This document shows, one piece after another, positions 1 through 8,729 of a stretch of 49,998 bases of DNA. Every line of letters starts with the position of its first letter. Position 1 is the first letter of the stretch. The stretch lies in IMG/VR virus record IMGVR_UViG_3300025816_002083, positions 1 through 49,998 of that record. One strand, given 5' to 3'. The stretch comes from a virus. Lineage: Duplodnaviria > Caudoviricetes. The notes below the pieces were generated by a model. That model did no database searches. It was not told the origin of the DNA and saw nothing but the letters and a program-made list of their open reading frames with translations. The position numbers and the translations under genes were made by a program.

Positions 1-590
1 ACGGTAGAATAGCTAAATGATTTACCCGTTACGAAATAAGCTTCGAGGACTTTACTTAAAAGCCTAACCCATCCCTCGCGGCTATCGGGAACAATAAAAT
101 CTGCATCATTTGTATTTTTTACAGTAATATTGACATCTTTTTTAATTCTGGGGATTTCATGCACATCTTCTCTTCTGATAGAATATCCCACGCCTCCTCC
201 GAGCATTAAATTTTCAAAAATGAAACAAAAATCTTCTGGCTTCCTTATCGCAGTGAACCAACAATTAAGTAAACTATTTCCTCCGAATCTGTCTACAGTT
301 GAAGTCCCTAACTGCCACAAGCCTCTTCCTGCAAAATTACATTTCAAGTTAAAGACTAAATCAAATAACTTTTCTGCTTCTTTTTTGGTATATCCTGCTC
401 CTATTTTTTGAGCCCCGTTAATACATCGAGCTACTGTTTCTGGCCATTCTTCAAGTTGCCCGTTTTCTTTGATTCTAGCATATGTTCTCTTGTAGACTAT
501 ATAACCAAGACCGTTAAAGCCCCAGTTGGGTTGTTTGTTCAAATATTTGTTTAAAAAATCGTCAGATATTATGTTTTGAATTTCGCTCAT
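1..590 (-). CDS. nrdJ: Class II (B12-dependent) ribonucleoside-triphosphate reductase, N-terminal part; runs off the window
   Basis: Missing from ORF track. Manual translation MSEIQNIISDDFLNKY...GLGYIVYKRTYAR...EEWPETVARCING...AGRGLWQLG...SLLNCWF...LMLGGGVGYS...VPDSREGW, typical of monomeric NrdJ. Confidence 0.9.
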   Translation of the reverse strand, partial: MSEIQNIISDDFLNKYLNKQPNWGFNGLGYIVYKRTYARIKENGQLEEWPETVARCINGAQKIGAGYTKKEAEKLFDLVFNLKCNFAGRGLWQLGTSTVDRFGGNSLLNCWFTAIRKPEDFCFIFENLMLGGGVGYSIRREDVHEIPRIKKDVNITVKNTNDADFIVPDSREGWVRLLSKVLEAYFVTGKSFSYST

Positions 591-675
591 TGTTTTAAAA
601 AGTAGGTTTGCAAACCTTAAGTAGGTTAGTTTAATACGTGCTTAAATATTGATAATGCGGGATTGTAAAGTCAAA

Positions 676-843
676 TTATTTTTCGACTATTTTAAGTTTT
701 TCTTTAACTTTTTCTTCCATTTTAGTTAAATAAACTTCGGCTTTCTTTAGGCCCTCTTCAGTGTGGGGAAAAGCTCCATAAGACCAGTTCCTTTGAGTAG
801 ATTCGACCAAGTAATACTTTTTATTTCTTTTGTTTTTTGGCAT
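676..843 (-). CDS. Small hypothetical protein (55 aa)
   Basis: Manual translation MPKNKRNKKYYLVESTQRNWSYGAFPHTEEGLKKAEVY...; overlaps end of 821..1150 in operon fashion. Confidence 0.6.
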   Translation of the reverse strand: MPKNKRNKKYYLVESTQRNWSYGAFPHTEEGLKKAEVYLTKMEEKVKEKLKIVEK

Positions 844-1150
844 GATTTTTGACGAAATTTACAATTTTTAATTCGAGCCTGATAAGGTTCTTTTCAAGGA
901 TGTCTAACTGGTTTTTCTCAAGAGAGAGTCTGTAGATTAAGATTTTTAAAGACTTAGAGTATTCTTCTTGTTTGTTTTCTAATTCTGTTTCTGGAAAAGA
1001 ACTATAATTTTCTTCTAGTTCATCTATCTCATTAAAAAGTATGTGAGCTTTTTCTTCCCAAAAGTTAACGCTATCAAAACATAACTCTACTGAGTTTAAA
1101 AGCTTCTCTCTCTTTTCTGCAAGAACTTCAACAGTATCTTCAAATTTCAT
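821..1150 (-). CDS. Hypothetical coiled-coil protein
   Basis: 109-aa ORF, E/K/L-rich helical, co-oriented with neighbours. Confidence 0.6.
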   Translation of the reverse strand: MKFEDTVEVLAEKREKLLNSVELCFDSVNFWEEKAHILFNEIDELEENYSSFPETELENKQEEYSKSLKILIYRLSLEKNQLDILEKNLIRLELKIVNFVKNHAKKQKK

Positions 1151-1328
1151 TTACCAACGCCTTTCTAATTAAAGAGAGTTTTGAAGTTAGAAAACCTTTA
1201 CCACAGTTTTCGACAGGGTCTTTTTGCCTGTTAAGCGAGTCTTGGTGGGTTGTAAACTCTATTAATTGATCTATTAATTGTACAACTTGATCATGGGTAT
1301 CTCTATTTATAGTGACGTTGTTATCCAT
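1140..1328 (-). CDS. Hypothetical protein
   Basis: 62-aa ORF overlapping next gene; TTGACT upstream at about 1360-1365 (minus). Confidence 0.6.
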   Translation of the reverse strand: MDNNVTINRDTHDQVVQLIDQLIEFTTHQDSLNRQKDPVENCGKGFLTSKLSLIRKALVNEI

Positions 1329-1377
1329 TTTAGAAAAGGTTATTAAAAGTTTTACTCGAAGTCAATTATTTTTACAC

Positions 1378-1402
1378 AAAAAAACCGGGCCGAAGCCCGG
1401 TT
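1378..1402 (-). terminator. Rho-independent terminator of hsp20
   Basis: Minus strand AACCGGGC-TTCG-GCCCGGTT followed by T-run; UUCG tetraloop. Confidence 0.9.
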
Positions 1403-1411
1403 ACTATCACC

Positions 1412-1777
1412 TTAATCGATTTTTATTTCTTTAGGTTTATATTTTTCCTTTTTCTGTAAGTTCAGAGTCAGGATACCTTTCTCTAAATGAGCTTTAATAG
1501 TATTAGCATTAGCTGATTTAGGTATAGGGTACGACCTACCGAATTTAACGTTTTCGCCTTTTCTTTTTGTTTCCCCCCGTAAGATAATATATCCCTCTTT
1601 GTTTAAATTAATTTTGACATCTTCTTTATCATAACCCGGCATCTCTACCTCAAGGGAGTAAGTGTCTTCCTCTTCTGAGAAATAGGAGTCGTGATACAAA
1701 GATTCTTCTAAATCGGCTAGTAACGGCGCTGTAAGGTTAAACAGGCCCCGGTTTGATAATGTGTTAGATATATACAT
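1412..1777 (-). CDS. Small heat-shock protein, Hsp20/alpha-crystallin family
   Basis: LEVEMPGYDKEDVKI...FGRSYPIP...IKAHLEKGILTLNLQK...KEIKID; start moved to ATG at 1777 because the track's TTG start lies inside the promoter. Confidence 0.92.
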   Translation of the reverse strand: MYISNTLSNRGLFNLTAPLLADLEESLYHDSYFSEEEDTYSLEVEMPGYDKEDVKINLNKEGYIILRGETKRKGENVKFGRSYPIPKSANANTIKAHLEKGILTLNLQKKEKYKPKEIKID

Positions 1778-1790
1778 ATACTTAACGTAT

Positions 1791-1807
1791 AGCAATAGGT
1801 GTGCCAA
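1791..1807 (-). promoter_or_regulatory. Sigma54 (-24/-12) promoter of hsp20
   Basis: Minus strand TTGGCAC-ACCTA-TTGCT matches TGGCAC-N5-TTGCW. Confidence 0.75.
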
Positions 1808-1877
1808 TATGTCAACCTTTACTATTCCTAAGGAAAAATAAATGTTTTATTTTAAATCTTTAAAATTGAGTCAGCAA

Positions 1878-1894
1878 GTCTCAAAATGTGAGAC
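1878..1894. promoter_or_regulatory. Palindrome, candidate enhancer (bEBP) site
   Basis: GTCTCA-N5-TGAGAC about 100 bp upstream of the predicted sigma54 start, separated by an AT-rich tract. Confidence 0.4.
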
Positions 1895-1902
1895 ATTTAG
1901 GG

Positions 1903-2124
1903 TCACTTAGACTCGTACGTTAAGGATCTTATATCGTACATAGAAATAATTTCAGTCTCCAAGGGGTTCTCTCGCTTAGATATTTCAAAATATTCTTCAT
2001 CGATTACCTTTTCAACTCTTCCTTTCCAATTCGAAAGATTTTTCCCACGTACAACCAGAACTTCGTTTCCAACCATTTTTGAATTGTACGACATTAAGTC
2101 ATCCTTTAGATCGTCTTTTTTCAT
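1903..2124 (-). CDS. Small hypothetical protein, possibly KOW/SH3-like
   Basis: VGNEVLVVRGKNLSNWKGRVEKV resembles a KOW motif. Confidence 0.55.
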   Translation of the reverse strand: MKKDDLKDDLMSYNSKMVGNEVLVVRGKNLSNWKGRVEKVIDEEYFEISKRENPLETEIISMYDIRSLTYESK

Positions 2125-2125
2125 A

Positions 2126-2599
2126 TTACTCTCCCGAACTACCGAATCCTCCGGTACCTCTTTGTGTATCGTTTAGTGTTTCCATTTCTGTCCATTCTCC
2201 TGAATAGCATCGTTCAATAATAAGTTGAGCTATTCTATCTCCCGGTTTGATATCAATTTTGTTTCCTGACCCAAACATTGATTCATAAACTGAAGGTGTA
2301 AGATTATAACCTTCAAAGTTTAGGTTTATCAATAATATTTTTACTTCCCCTCTGTAAGTCGAATCAATGACTCCTGCCATGACATCTATACCTTTTTTGA
2401 CAGCAAGACCACTACGTGGAGCTATTCTACCATAATAACCTTCAGGAATATCAAGACTGATTCCGGTCGAAATTAATTTTCTTTGCCCCGGTTCTAGTGT
2501 CACGTACTCTGTAGAAAATAAATCGAAACCAGCATCAGCAGGATTTGCCTGCTCTGGCTTAACGGCTTCTTTCGTGAGTTTTTTATAGCTTATCTTCAT
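2126..2599 (-). CDS. dut: dUTPase (trimeric)
   Basis: AGFDL, PRSGLA, GVIDSTYRGE, GDRIAQL, RGTGGFGSSG motifs. Confidence 0.97.
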   Translation of the reverse strand: MKISYKKLTKEAVKPEQANPADAGFDLFSTEYVTLEPGQRKLISTGISLDIPEGYYGRIAPRSGLAVKKGIDVMAGVIDSTYRGEVKILLINLNFEGYNLTPSVYESMFGSGNKIDIKPGDRIAQLIIERCYSGEWTEMETLNDTQRGTGGFGSSGE

Positions 2600-2619
2600 G
2601 TTTTCAATTTCTGTAAGAG

Positions 2620-2647
2620 AGGATACTCATTGAAAATCAAAAGTCAA
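2620..2647 (-). promoter_or_regulatory. Sigma70-type promoter of dut
   Basis: TTGACT-N16-TATCCT on minus strand. Confidence 0.55.
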
Positions 2648-2681
2648 TCTTTTCTTTTTCAAGGAAATAGTAAAAATATGG

Positions 2682-2710
2682 TTGACAAATGTAGACATGT
2701 CTCATAAAAG
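2682..2710 (+). promoter_or_regulatory. Sigma70-type promoter, divergent from dut
   Basis: TTGACA-N17-TAAAAG. Confidence 0.55.
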
Positions 2711-2714
2711 AGCA

Positions 2715-2995
2715 AACACGTAGCATTTCTGCCTTGTTACGTTAAAAAGGTAGGCAGGTCCGCAATCTTATGTGTCCGGCTCTACTGTGGAGACTTGTAA
2801 CCGGAGGAACCAGCGGTGTTGAACTTAGCTGGGCGAGTAGTATAGGTAATGTCATATGGGTGTAAACTACCACACACCCCAAAAAGGCTAGCCGGGGAGT
2901 ATTCTCAGGAAAAAGTAAAAGATTGCCGATGTTTTGGACTAAACCGCCAAAAACGGGAAAAGTCTCCGTTTCACTTCGACTTTCTAGGAAAAAGT
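2715..2995 (+). ncRNA. Candidate structured non-coding RNA or long leader
   Basis: GC-richer ORF-free stretch with several helices, including GCAATCTT(2762-69)/AAGATTGC(2919-26) enclosing TCCGG/CCGGA, CCAGC/GCTGG and GGGTGT/ACACCC stems. Confidence 0.55.
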
Positions 2996-3047
2996 TTATT
3001 ATTATTAAAATAAATATAACTAAGTTGAATAAAGTTTAATTAACAGT

Positions 3048-3641
3048 ATGGAATTTAAGTTTAAAAATATAGGAATATCAGGAGTGGCAGGTTCAGGTAA
3101 GAATACTTTAGCCGAACTTATTGGGCTTTTTTTAACTAGAATGGGTTTACCTGTGGAAGAAAGGGCTCTAGCACATAATTTAAAATCAGAGGTAAGGTCT
3201 GCATGTAAAGAATTGTATTCTATTGACCCTTTAACTTGCTCAAGAGATGATAAAAACTTGATAAGACCGATACTGGTTGCTCATGGGGAAATAAAAAGAA
3301 AATCTTCATTAGGAAAACATTGGACAGGTTTGTTAGAAAAAGATTTAGACCGTAGTAAAGTAAATATTATTACAGATATTAGGTACAATGAATACCCACA
3401 AGACGAGTGCTATTGGTTAAAAAATCAAATAAATGGTATTTTAATTCACGTTTCTCGGTACCAAGAGGTGGGCGAAGAAAGAGTCTTTGTAAAACCTGCA
3501 AACATTCATGAGTTACAAAATGACTCCAAGGTAAGAAAAGATTCTGATTATATACTCAATTGGAAAACAGAAAAAGACCAAAATAGACTGGTGATTAATT
3601 CAAAAAGCTTGTTTAAATGGCTTAAGAAAGTTTATAAATAA
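3048..3641 (+). CDS. Deoxynucleoside monophosphate kinase-like P-loop protein
   Basis: IGISGVAGSGKNT Walker A; IITDIRYNE motif. Confidence 0.8.
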   Translation: MEFKFKNIGISGVAGSGKNTLAELIGLFLTRMGLPVEERALAHNLKSEVRSACKELYSIDPLTCSRDDKNLIRPILVAHGEIKRKSSLGKHWTGLLEKDLDRSKVNIITDIRYNEYPQDECYWLKNQINGILIHVSRYQEVGEERVFVKPANIHELQNDSKVRKDSDYILNWKTEKDQNRLVINSKSLFKWLKKVYK

Positions 3642-3720
3642 ATTTTTTAAAAATAAAATAGAAGATTTTAGTAAAGTTTCATATAATATTCATGCAGATA
3701 CTTATAGTGTATTCTTTTAA

Positions 3721-4341
3721 GTGTCTAAGGAGTGTGGATTTATGGAAAAAGGAACATGGGATATTTTAACGGATAACTGTCTAGTAGAAAAGGTTAAGGC
3801 TGAATCTTGTGAGGACAGTTTATTGGAACTATCTAAAAGGCATGCAGGGTTATGCTTTAAGATAATGAAACGGTACTCTAAGAGTTTTTCGGTTAATAAC
3901 ATTAATATTAACGAAAAGCATGCTGAAAAAAATTTAATTATTTGGCATTCAGCGAAGAGTTTTAACACTGAAAAGAATGTTAAATTTTCTACTTGGTTAG
4001 CTAATCAAATTAAATATAACTGTCTTAACGAGTTAAACAAAAAATCAAAAGACAGGTTAGTCACCCTTGAAGATTATATGCTAGACGTATTAGACGAACG
4101 TCAAGAGGACAAGGACACAAGGATCTTTGAATATACTGAGAATATACTTTCTCAACTAAAGGACTCCAGAGTCCAAGAGATTTTTTCACTCCGCTACTCT
4201 AAAGAAGAAAAAAAACCCTCATGGTCTTCTATTGCATCTAAAATGAATATGAGTACTCAAACTGCAATAAATCTGCATAATAAAGGCTTATCCATGCTTA
4301 GAAAAAAAATGGATAGCAAAAAACTTCTGGATAATATTTAA
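3721..4341 (+). CDS. Phage sigma70-family factor
   Basis: Region 2-like SFNTEKNVKFSTWLANQIKY; region 4 HTH IFSLRY...SWSSIASKMNMSTQTAINLHNKGL. Confidence 0.8.
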   Translation: MSKECGFMEKGTWDILTDNCLVEKVKAESCEDSLLELSKRHAGLCFKIMKRYSKSFSVNNININEKHAEKNLIIWHSAKSFNTEKNVKFSTWLANQIKYNCLNELNKKSKDRLVTLEDYMLDVLDERQEDKDTRIFEYTENILSQLKDSRVQEIFSLRYSKEEKKPSWSSIASKMNMSTQTAINLHNKGLSMLRKKMDSKKLLDNI

Positions 4342-4349
4342 AAAAACTG

Positions 4350-4378
4350 TTGACTTCGGTCTTGAACTACTACAATAT
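4350..4378 (+). promoter_or_regulatory. Sigma70-type promoter
   Basis: TTGACT followed by TACAAT/CAATAT, 10-12 nt before ATG 4389. Confidence 0.55.
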
Positions 4379-4388
4379 TAAATCTCTT

Positions 4389-4706
4389 ATGTCTAACGAA
4401 GAAAAGAAAAACGACTGGCAAGAACGCGAACTAGGCGCTCTATGGGCAAAAAAAAGTAATAACGGTGCCCAATATATGACTGGGCACATTCAAATGAAAG
4501 GTGGCATGACTGAAAAAGTTCAGCTTGTTGTGTTTAGAAATAAATCTAAATATAACGAGGATGGATCTGTTAAAAGTCAAAACGCTCCAGACCTTCGCAT
4601 TTACATGAGCGAAAGTTTGGAAGAACGCTCCAAGAATAATGAAGCTACTCCTGCGCCTGTGAAAGCACCAGAGAGCAGCAAAACAACCGAAGAACCACTA
4701 TTCTAA
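4389..4706 (+). CDS. DUF736-like putative ssDNA-binding protein
   Basis: ELGALWAKKS.NG.QYMTGHI...VVFRNK...APDLRIY; acidic-aromatic tail EEPLF. Confidence 0.6.
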   Translation: MSNEEKKNDWQERELGALWAKKSNNGAQYMTGHIQMKGGMTEKVQLVVFRNKSKYNEDGSVKSQNAPDLRIYMSESLEERSKNNEATPAPVKAPESSKTTEEPLF

Positions 4707-5797
4707 TGTCAGATATAGCCTTACATCTTCCGATTAACGGTGTAAGCTTCGGTCAGGTTAGCACTGCTCTTCTGCGTGAATATTACCAGAAGGGCGTGCA
4801 GCCTTTTATTTTTACAATTGGCCAAGTTGACTTAAGCTCACAAGAACAAGACGCAGACTTTACCAAATGGATAGAGTCTTGTATTAAGAAGTCTTTTGAA
4901 GAGTATAAGCGGGATATTCCCGTCTTTAAATTATGGCACTTAAACCATGAGAGTCTGTCTTCCTATGGTCGAGATCAATCTCTTTTTAGTTTTTACGAAC
5001 TTGATCACCCCACCTCTTATGAAGTCAACATCGCCAAGAATCAAAAAAACTTAATTTTCAGTAGCAACCACGCTAAAAATATATTTGAAGCAGTAGGTGT
5101 TGAAAATTGTCACTATGTACCTCTAGGGTTTGATAAGAATAATTTTGAAGTAAAAGATCAACAATATCTAGAAGGTAAAATTGTATTTAACCTAACTGGA
5201 AAACTGGAAAAAAGAAAACACCATAAAGAAGTTATTAAATCATGGCTCAAAAAGTATGGTAATAATAAAGATTATGTTTTGCAATGCGCTATAACAAATC
5301 CATTCCTTAAGGAACAAGATTTTAAAAATCAGGTATCTCAAATTTTAGAAGGAAAAAGTTATTATAACTTGAACTTTCTTGGACAAATGCAAAAGAATGT
5401 CCTCTATAATGATTTTTTAAACTCATCTAATATTGTTATAGGTATGTCGGGTGGAGAAGGTTGGGGACTACCTGAATTTCAATCAGTAGCTTTAGGTAAA
5501 CACGGAGTTATTTTGAACAGTTCTGGTTATCAAGACTGGGCTAATGAAAAAAATACCGTTATGGTACAGCCTAACGGTAAAGAAGACTCTAGTGACGGAG
5601 TGTTTTTCCGTAAAGGTGGTGCATTTAACCAAGGTAATATTTTTACTTTTAATGAGGATGAATTCATTGCTGGTTGCGAAGAAGCCGTAGAAAGATACAA
5701 ATCTTCACCAATCAATGAAGAGGGTCTAAAACTTCAAGATGAATATACTTATAAGAAAATGGTAGATTCAATTGATCAGATAGTAACAGAAGGATAA
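4706..5797 (+). CDS. Glycosyltransferase, GT4-like
   Basis: VPLGFD, GKLEKRK, SGGEGWGLPEFQS. Confidence 0.85.
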   Translation: MSDIALHLPINGVSFGQVSTALLREYYQKGVQPFIFTIGQVDLSSQEQDADFTKWIESCIKKSFEEYKRDIPVFKLWHLNHESLSSYGRDQSLFSFYELDHPTSYEVNIAKNQKNLIFSSNHAKNIFEAVGVENCHYVPLGFDKNNFEVKDQQYLEGKIVFNLTGKLEKRKHHKEVIKSWLKKYGNNKDYVLQCAITNPFLKEQDFKNQVSQILEGKSYYNLNFLGQMQKNVLYNDFLNSSNIVIGMSGGEGWGLPEFQSVALGKHGVILNSSGYQDWANEKNTVMVQPNGKEDSSDGVFFRKGGAFNQGNIFTFNEDEFIAGCEEAVERYKSSPINEEGLKLQDEYTYKKMVDSIDQIVTEG

Positions 5798-5801
5798 ATC
5801 A

Positions 5802-6167
5802 ATGCCTGAGTATATTTACGAACACCCCGAAACAAAAGAGCAAATAACAGTTTTTCAAACTATTCATGAGTCGCATGAGTATTCAGTGGATGGAGTTCAG
5901 TATGACAGAGTATACACTGTACCAAATGCGTCTATTGACACTAGAATAGATCCTTTCTCTCAAAAAGAGTTTAGGGAGAAAGCTAAAGCTTCGACAATCG
6001 GTGATTTATGGGACCAGTCAGGAGAGGCTTCCCAAAAAAGAAAAGAAAAAGCCGGAAACGACCCAGTAAAAGAAAAGTTATTTAGTGATTATCGTAAAAA
6101 GAATAAAGGTGCTAAACATCCTCAGGATCGGCCTAAAATCAGTAACCCAAACTTCACTATTGAATGA
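5802..6167 (+). CDS. Hypothetical protein (FmdB-like N-terminus without the Cys)
   Basis: MPEYIYEHP... start; operonic. Confidence 0.55.
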   Translation: MPEYIYEHPETKEQITVFQTIHESHEYSVDGVQYDRVYTVPNASIDTRIDPFSQKEFREKAKASTIGDLWDQSGEASQKRKEKAGNDPVKEKLFSDYRKKNKGAKHPQDRPKISNPNFTIE

Positions 6168-7045
6168 TAAAATACACCGTTATAGACGATTCAGCTATTA
6201 ACTTAGGTGGCACTTCACTCACCTTAGACGCTATTACTGAACCCTTTAAACATGAGTGTGAGTTTATTAAAACATCAGACTTAACAAAAACTTACTTAGA
6301 TTTCAAACACCCCAAAGTTTGGATTATCGGGAATACCATGGGTCTTACAAAAGAGTCTTACGAAACTCTAATGCAAATAATTCAGACCCAAACTACTGTT
6401 AAAATAGATTTTGATTATGGATTTTGCAGGTTTAGAGGTCCAACGCCACATAGAATTTTAGGTAATAAAGAATGTGATTGTTTAACTAACCCTGAGACAG
6501 CTACTCTTAGAAATATTTACAGTTACATAAAAAAATATACCTCTAAAATTTTCTACATGTCGGAAGGTCAAAGAAAAATACATGAGGTGTCTTTGGATAT
6601 ACCTGCCGAAAAAACTAAGGTACTATCTTCCTGTTTTACTAAAGATTCTTTTGCGAAAATGAAAGAGTATCGAAGTAATCAGAAATCAGATAAGTATGCT
6701 ATTATTGACGGTCATCCGGGGTGGCACCAACAGGCAAAAGGGGTAAGTAAGTCAGTAAATTATGCTATTACCAAAAATTTACCTTATGAGGTATTTTCAA
6801 CTGAGACTCATGATGAGATGCTTCAAAAACTAAGTAGTTATAAAGGTTTGATTTTTCTACCAATTATAGAAGATACATGTCCGAGGGTTACAATTGAAGC
6901 AAAACTGATGGGTCTTGAAGTTATAACCAATGAAAACTCTCAGCACACATTGGAGGACTGGTGGAATAAACCATTAGATGAAATCGAAAACTATTTAAAA
7001 GAAAGGCCCGAAATATTACATCAGGAACTTATAAATTTGAGTTAA
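6164..7045 (+). CDS. Glycosyltransferase, GT-B/GT4-like
   Basis: KGV...GLIFLPIIEDTCPRVTIEAKLMGLEVITN. Confidence 0.75.
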   Translation: MIKYTVIDDSAINLGGTSLTLDAITEPFKHECEFIKTSDLTKTYLDFKHPKVWIIGNTMGLTKESYETLMQIIQTQTTVKIDFDYGFCRFRGPTPHRILGNKECDCLTNPETATLRNIYSYIKKYTSKIFYMSEGQRKIHEVSLDIPAEKTKVLSSCFTKDSFAKMKEYRSNQKSDKYAIIDGHPGWHQQAKGVSKSVNYAITKNLPYEVFSTETHDEMLQKLSSYKGLIFLPIIEDTCPRVTIEAKLMGLEVITNENSQHTLEDWWNKPLDEIENYLKERPEILHQELINLS

Positions 7046-7782
7046 TAGCTAGAATTCACGGTGATTGCCTGTATAATCTAAAAAGGTTAGTTTCTAGCGT
7101 ATTAGTTCAAAGCTACCAGAACTTTAGAATTCATCTAGCTATTGATAAAACCTCACCTGAGGTTATTTCTTTATGCAAACAGATAGAGTCTGACCCTCAA
7201 TGTGTTATGCCTTTTCAGGTATCATGTCCTGACGGAACCATAAAAGTTTGGGAGAATGAAGGCGATAGATTGTATTCAGTTGCTAACACCATGCGTGTTC
7301 TAGACTCTCTAGATTTTGATGAGCGTGTTATTGGGGTAATAGATGCAGATGATCAGCTATGTGAAAGAAAAGCTCTGCAATGGATAAATAGAGCGTATTG
7401 TAGCGGAAATGTAGGAGCAGTTTGGACAGGTAATATCTGGGAACCTTATGGAATGAATTTATGTTCAGAATATCTAGATGATTCTCAAGATGTTTACAAA
7501 CACCCTTGGGTCAGTAGTCATTTTAGGACCTTTCTACTTTCTAATTATAAACAAGTAAACCCTGAAAATTTTAAAGATGAGAACGGAGACTGGATGAAAC
7601 GGTGCGAAGATCAAACCTTTATGCTCCCTATCATTAATGTAGCTCATAAGAATAAACAGATAACTCATTTTTTAGAGAACCCCTGTTATCTTTATAGAGG
7701 TTACCAAGAAATAGGAGGCGAAGCTCATCAATATCAATTAAATTTAGCAAAGTTTATACGTAATAGAGGGTTTGTAGAATGA
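7030..7782 (+). CDS. GT2-like glycosyltransferase; true 5' end uncertain (first ATG at 7207)
   Basis: Frame open from 6982; YKFELIARIHG...LVSSVLVQSYQNFRIHLAID is a GT2 N-terminus; IDADD DxD motif; RCEDQ. Confidence 0.7.
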   Translation, partial: YKFELIARIHGDCLYNLKRLVSSVLVQSYQNFRIHLAIDKTSPEVISLCKQIESDPQCVMPFQVSCPDGTIKVWENEGDRLYSVANTMRVLDSLDFDERVIGVIDADDQLCERKALQWINRAYCSGNVGAVWTGNIWEPYGMNLCSEYLDDSQDVYKHPWVSSHFRTFLLSNYKQVNPENFKDENGDWMKRCEDQTFMLPIINVAHKNKQITHFLENPCYLYRGYQEIGGEAHQYQLNLAKFIRNRGFVE

Positions 7783-8729
7783 GATTTTTTATTAATAATT
7801 GCAACCCGACTGGAGGCCCCGGTATATTTGGGGGTAGATTAAAAAAGCAATTTGAAAAAAATGGCCATAAATTTGTAGACCCTTATGTATCTGGTGAAAT
7901 ACCTGATAAAAACATATCAATTATCCAAGGGGATAGAATAGCAGAATGTCGTTTAAATGCGCTTAGGTTGGATGGTCTTTATTTTGATTCTGAAAGTTCA
8001 AATAATGATCAGATGAACTCTGGTATATTTAAAAGTTTCGATCAAGCTGACCATATTGTTTATCAATCCCAATTTTCCAAAGACATGTATCATTCTTTTT
8101 ACGGAAGGAAAGATCCTAGTCAAGAAAGCATTATCCACAACGGATTGGATCAAGAAGAATTTTTATCTAATGTAAAACCTGTAAAACTATCTGACCCTGT
8201 ATTTTCTAAGTATGGTAAGATATGTGTTGCGTCAGCATCTTGGAGAAGGCACAAAAGGCTTGAAGAAACAATTGAAGCCTTTAAAGACCCTAAGTTAAAA
8301 AATGTTTTACTTATAGCATTAGGAGGGATGCCTTATATCAAAGATAAAAGCTCTATTCCAGATAACGTATTACTTACGCCCTTACTTAAACCTGAGCAGA
8401 CGGCTTCAATTTATTGTATGGCGGATGCTATGATTCATTTAGCGTGGCTTGATTGGTGTCCTAATACTGTTGTTGAAGGTCTTTCTTGTGGTGCGCCGGT
8501 TTTGTGTTCTCATAATGGAGGAACCAAAGAGCTTGTAAAAGATAATGGGGTTGTTGTACAATTGGAAGAAGATTATGAGATAGGCAGAAGAGTTCCTTTG
8601 TATAACCCGCCAAAAGTAGATACGAGTATAATTGTTGACGGTATTCTGGAGGTATTAGAAAAATCTACTATTTTTGACAGACCTGATTTAGATATAAAAA
8701 CTGTTGCTAAAAATTATGAAAACATTTAA
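7779..8729 (+). CDS. Glycosyltransferase GT4
   Basis: IIHNGLD, RHKRL, DWCPNTVVEGLSCGAPVLCSHNGGTKE. Confidence 0.9.
   Translation: MRFFINNCNPTGGPGIFGGRLKKQFEKNGHKFVDPYVSGEIPDKNISIIQGDRIAECRLNALRLDGLYFDSESSNNDQMNSGIFKSFDQADHIVYQSQFSKDMYHSFYGRKDPSQESIIHNGLDQEEFLSNVKPVKLSDPVFSKYGKICVASASWRRHKRLEETIEAFKDPKLKNVLLIALGGMPYIKDKSSIPDNVLLTPLLKPEQTASIYCMADAMIHLAWLDWCPNTVVEGLSCGAPVLCSHNGGTKELVKDNGVVVQLEEDYEIGRRVPLYNPPKVDTSIIVDGILEVLEKSTIFDRPDLDIKTVAKNYENI

Noticed and set aside
130-411. 93-aa plus-strand ORF
   Set aside because: Antisense shadow of nrdJ
2715-2995. tmRNA, RNase P RNA, group I intron or known riboswitch
   Set aside because: I could not find their hallmark motifs by eye; kept as an unclassified structured RNA pending an Rfam search
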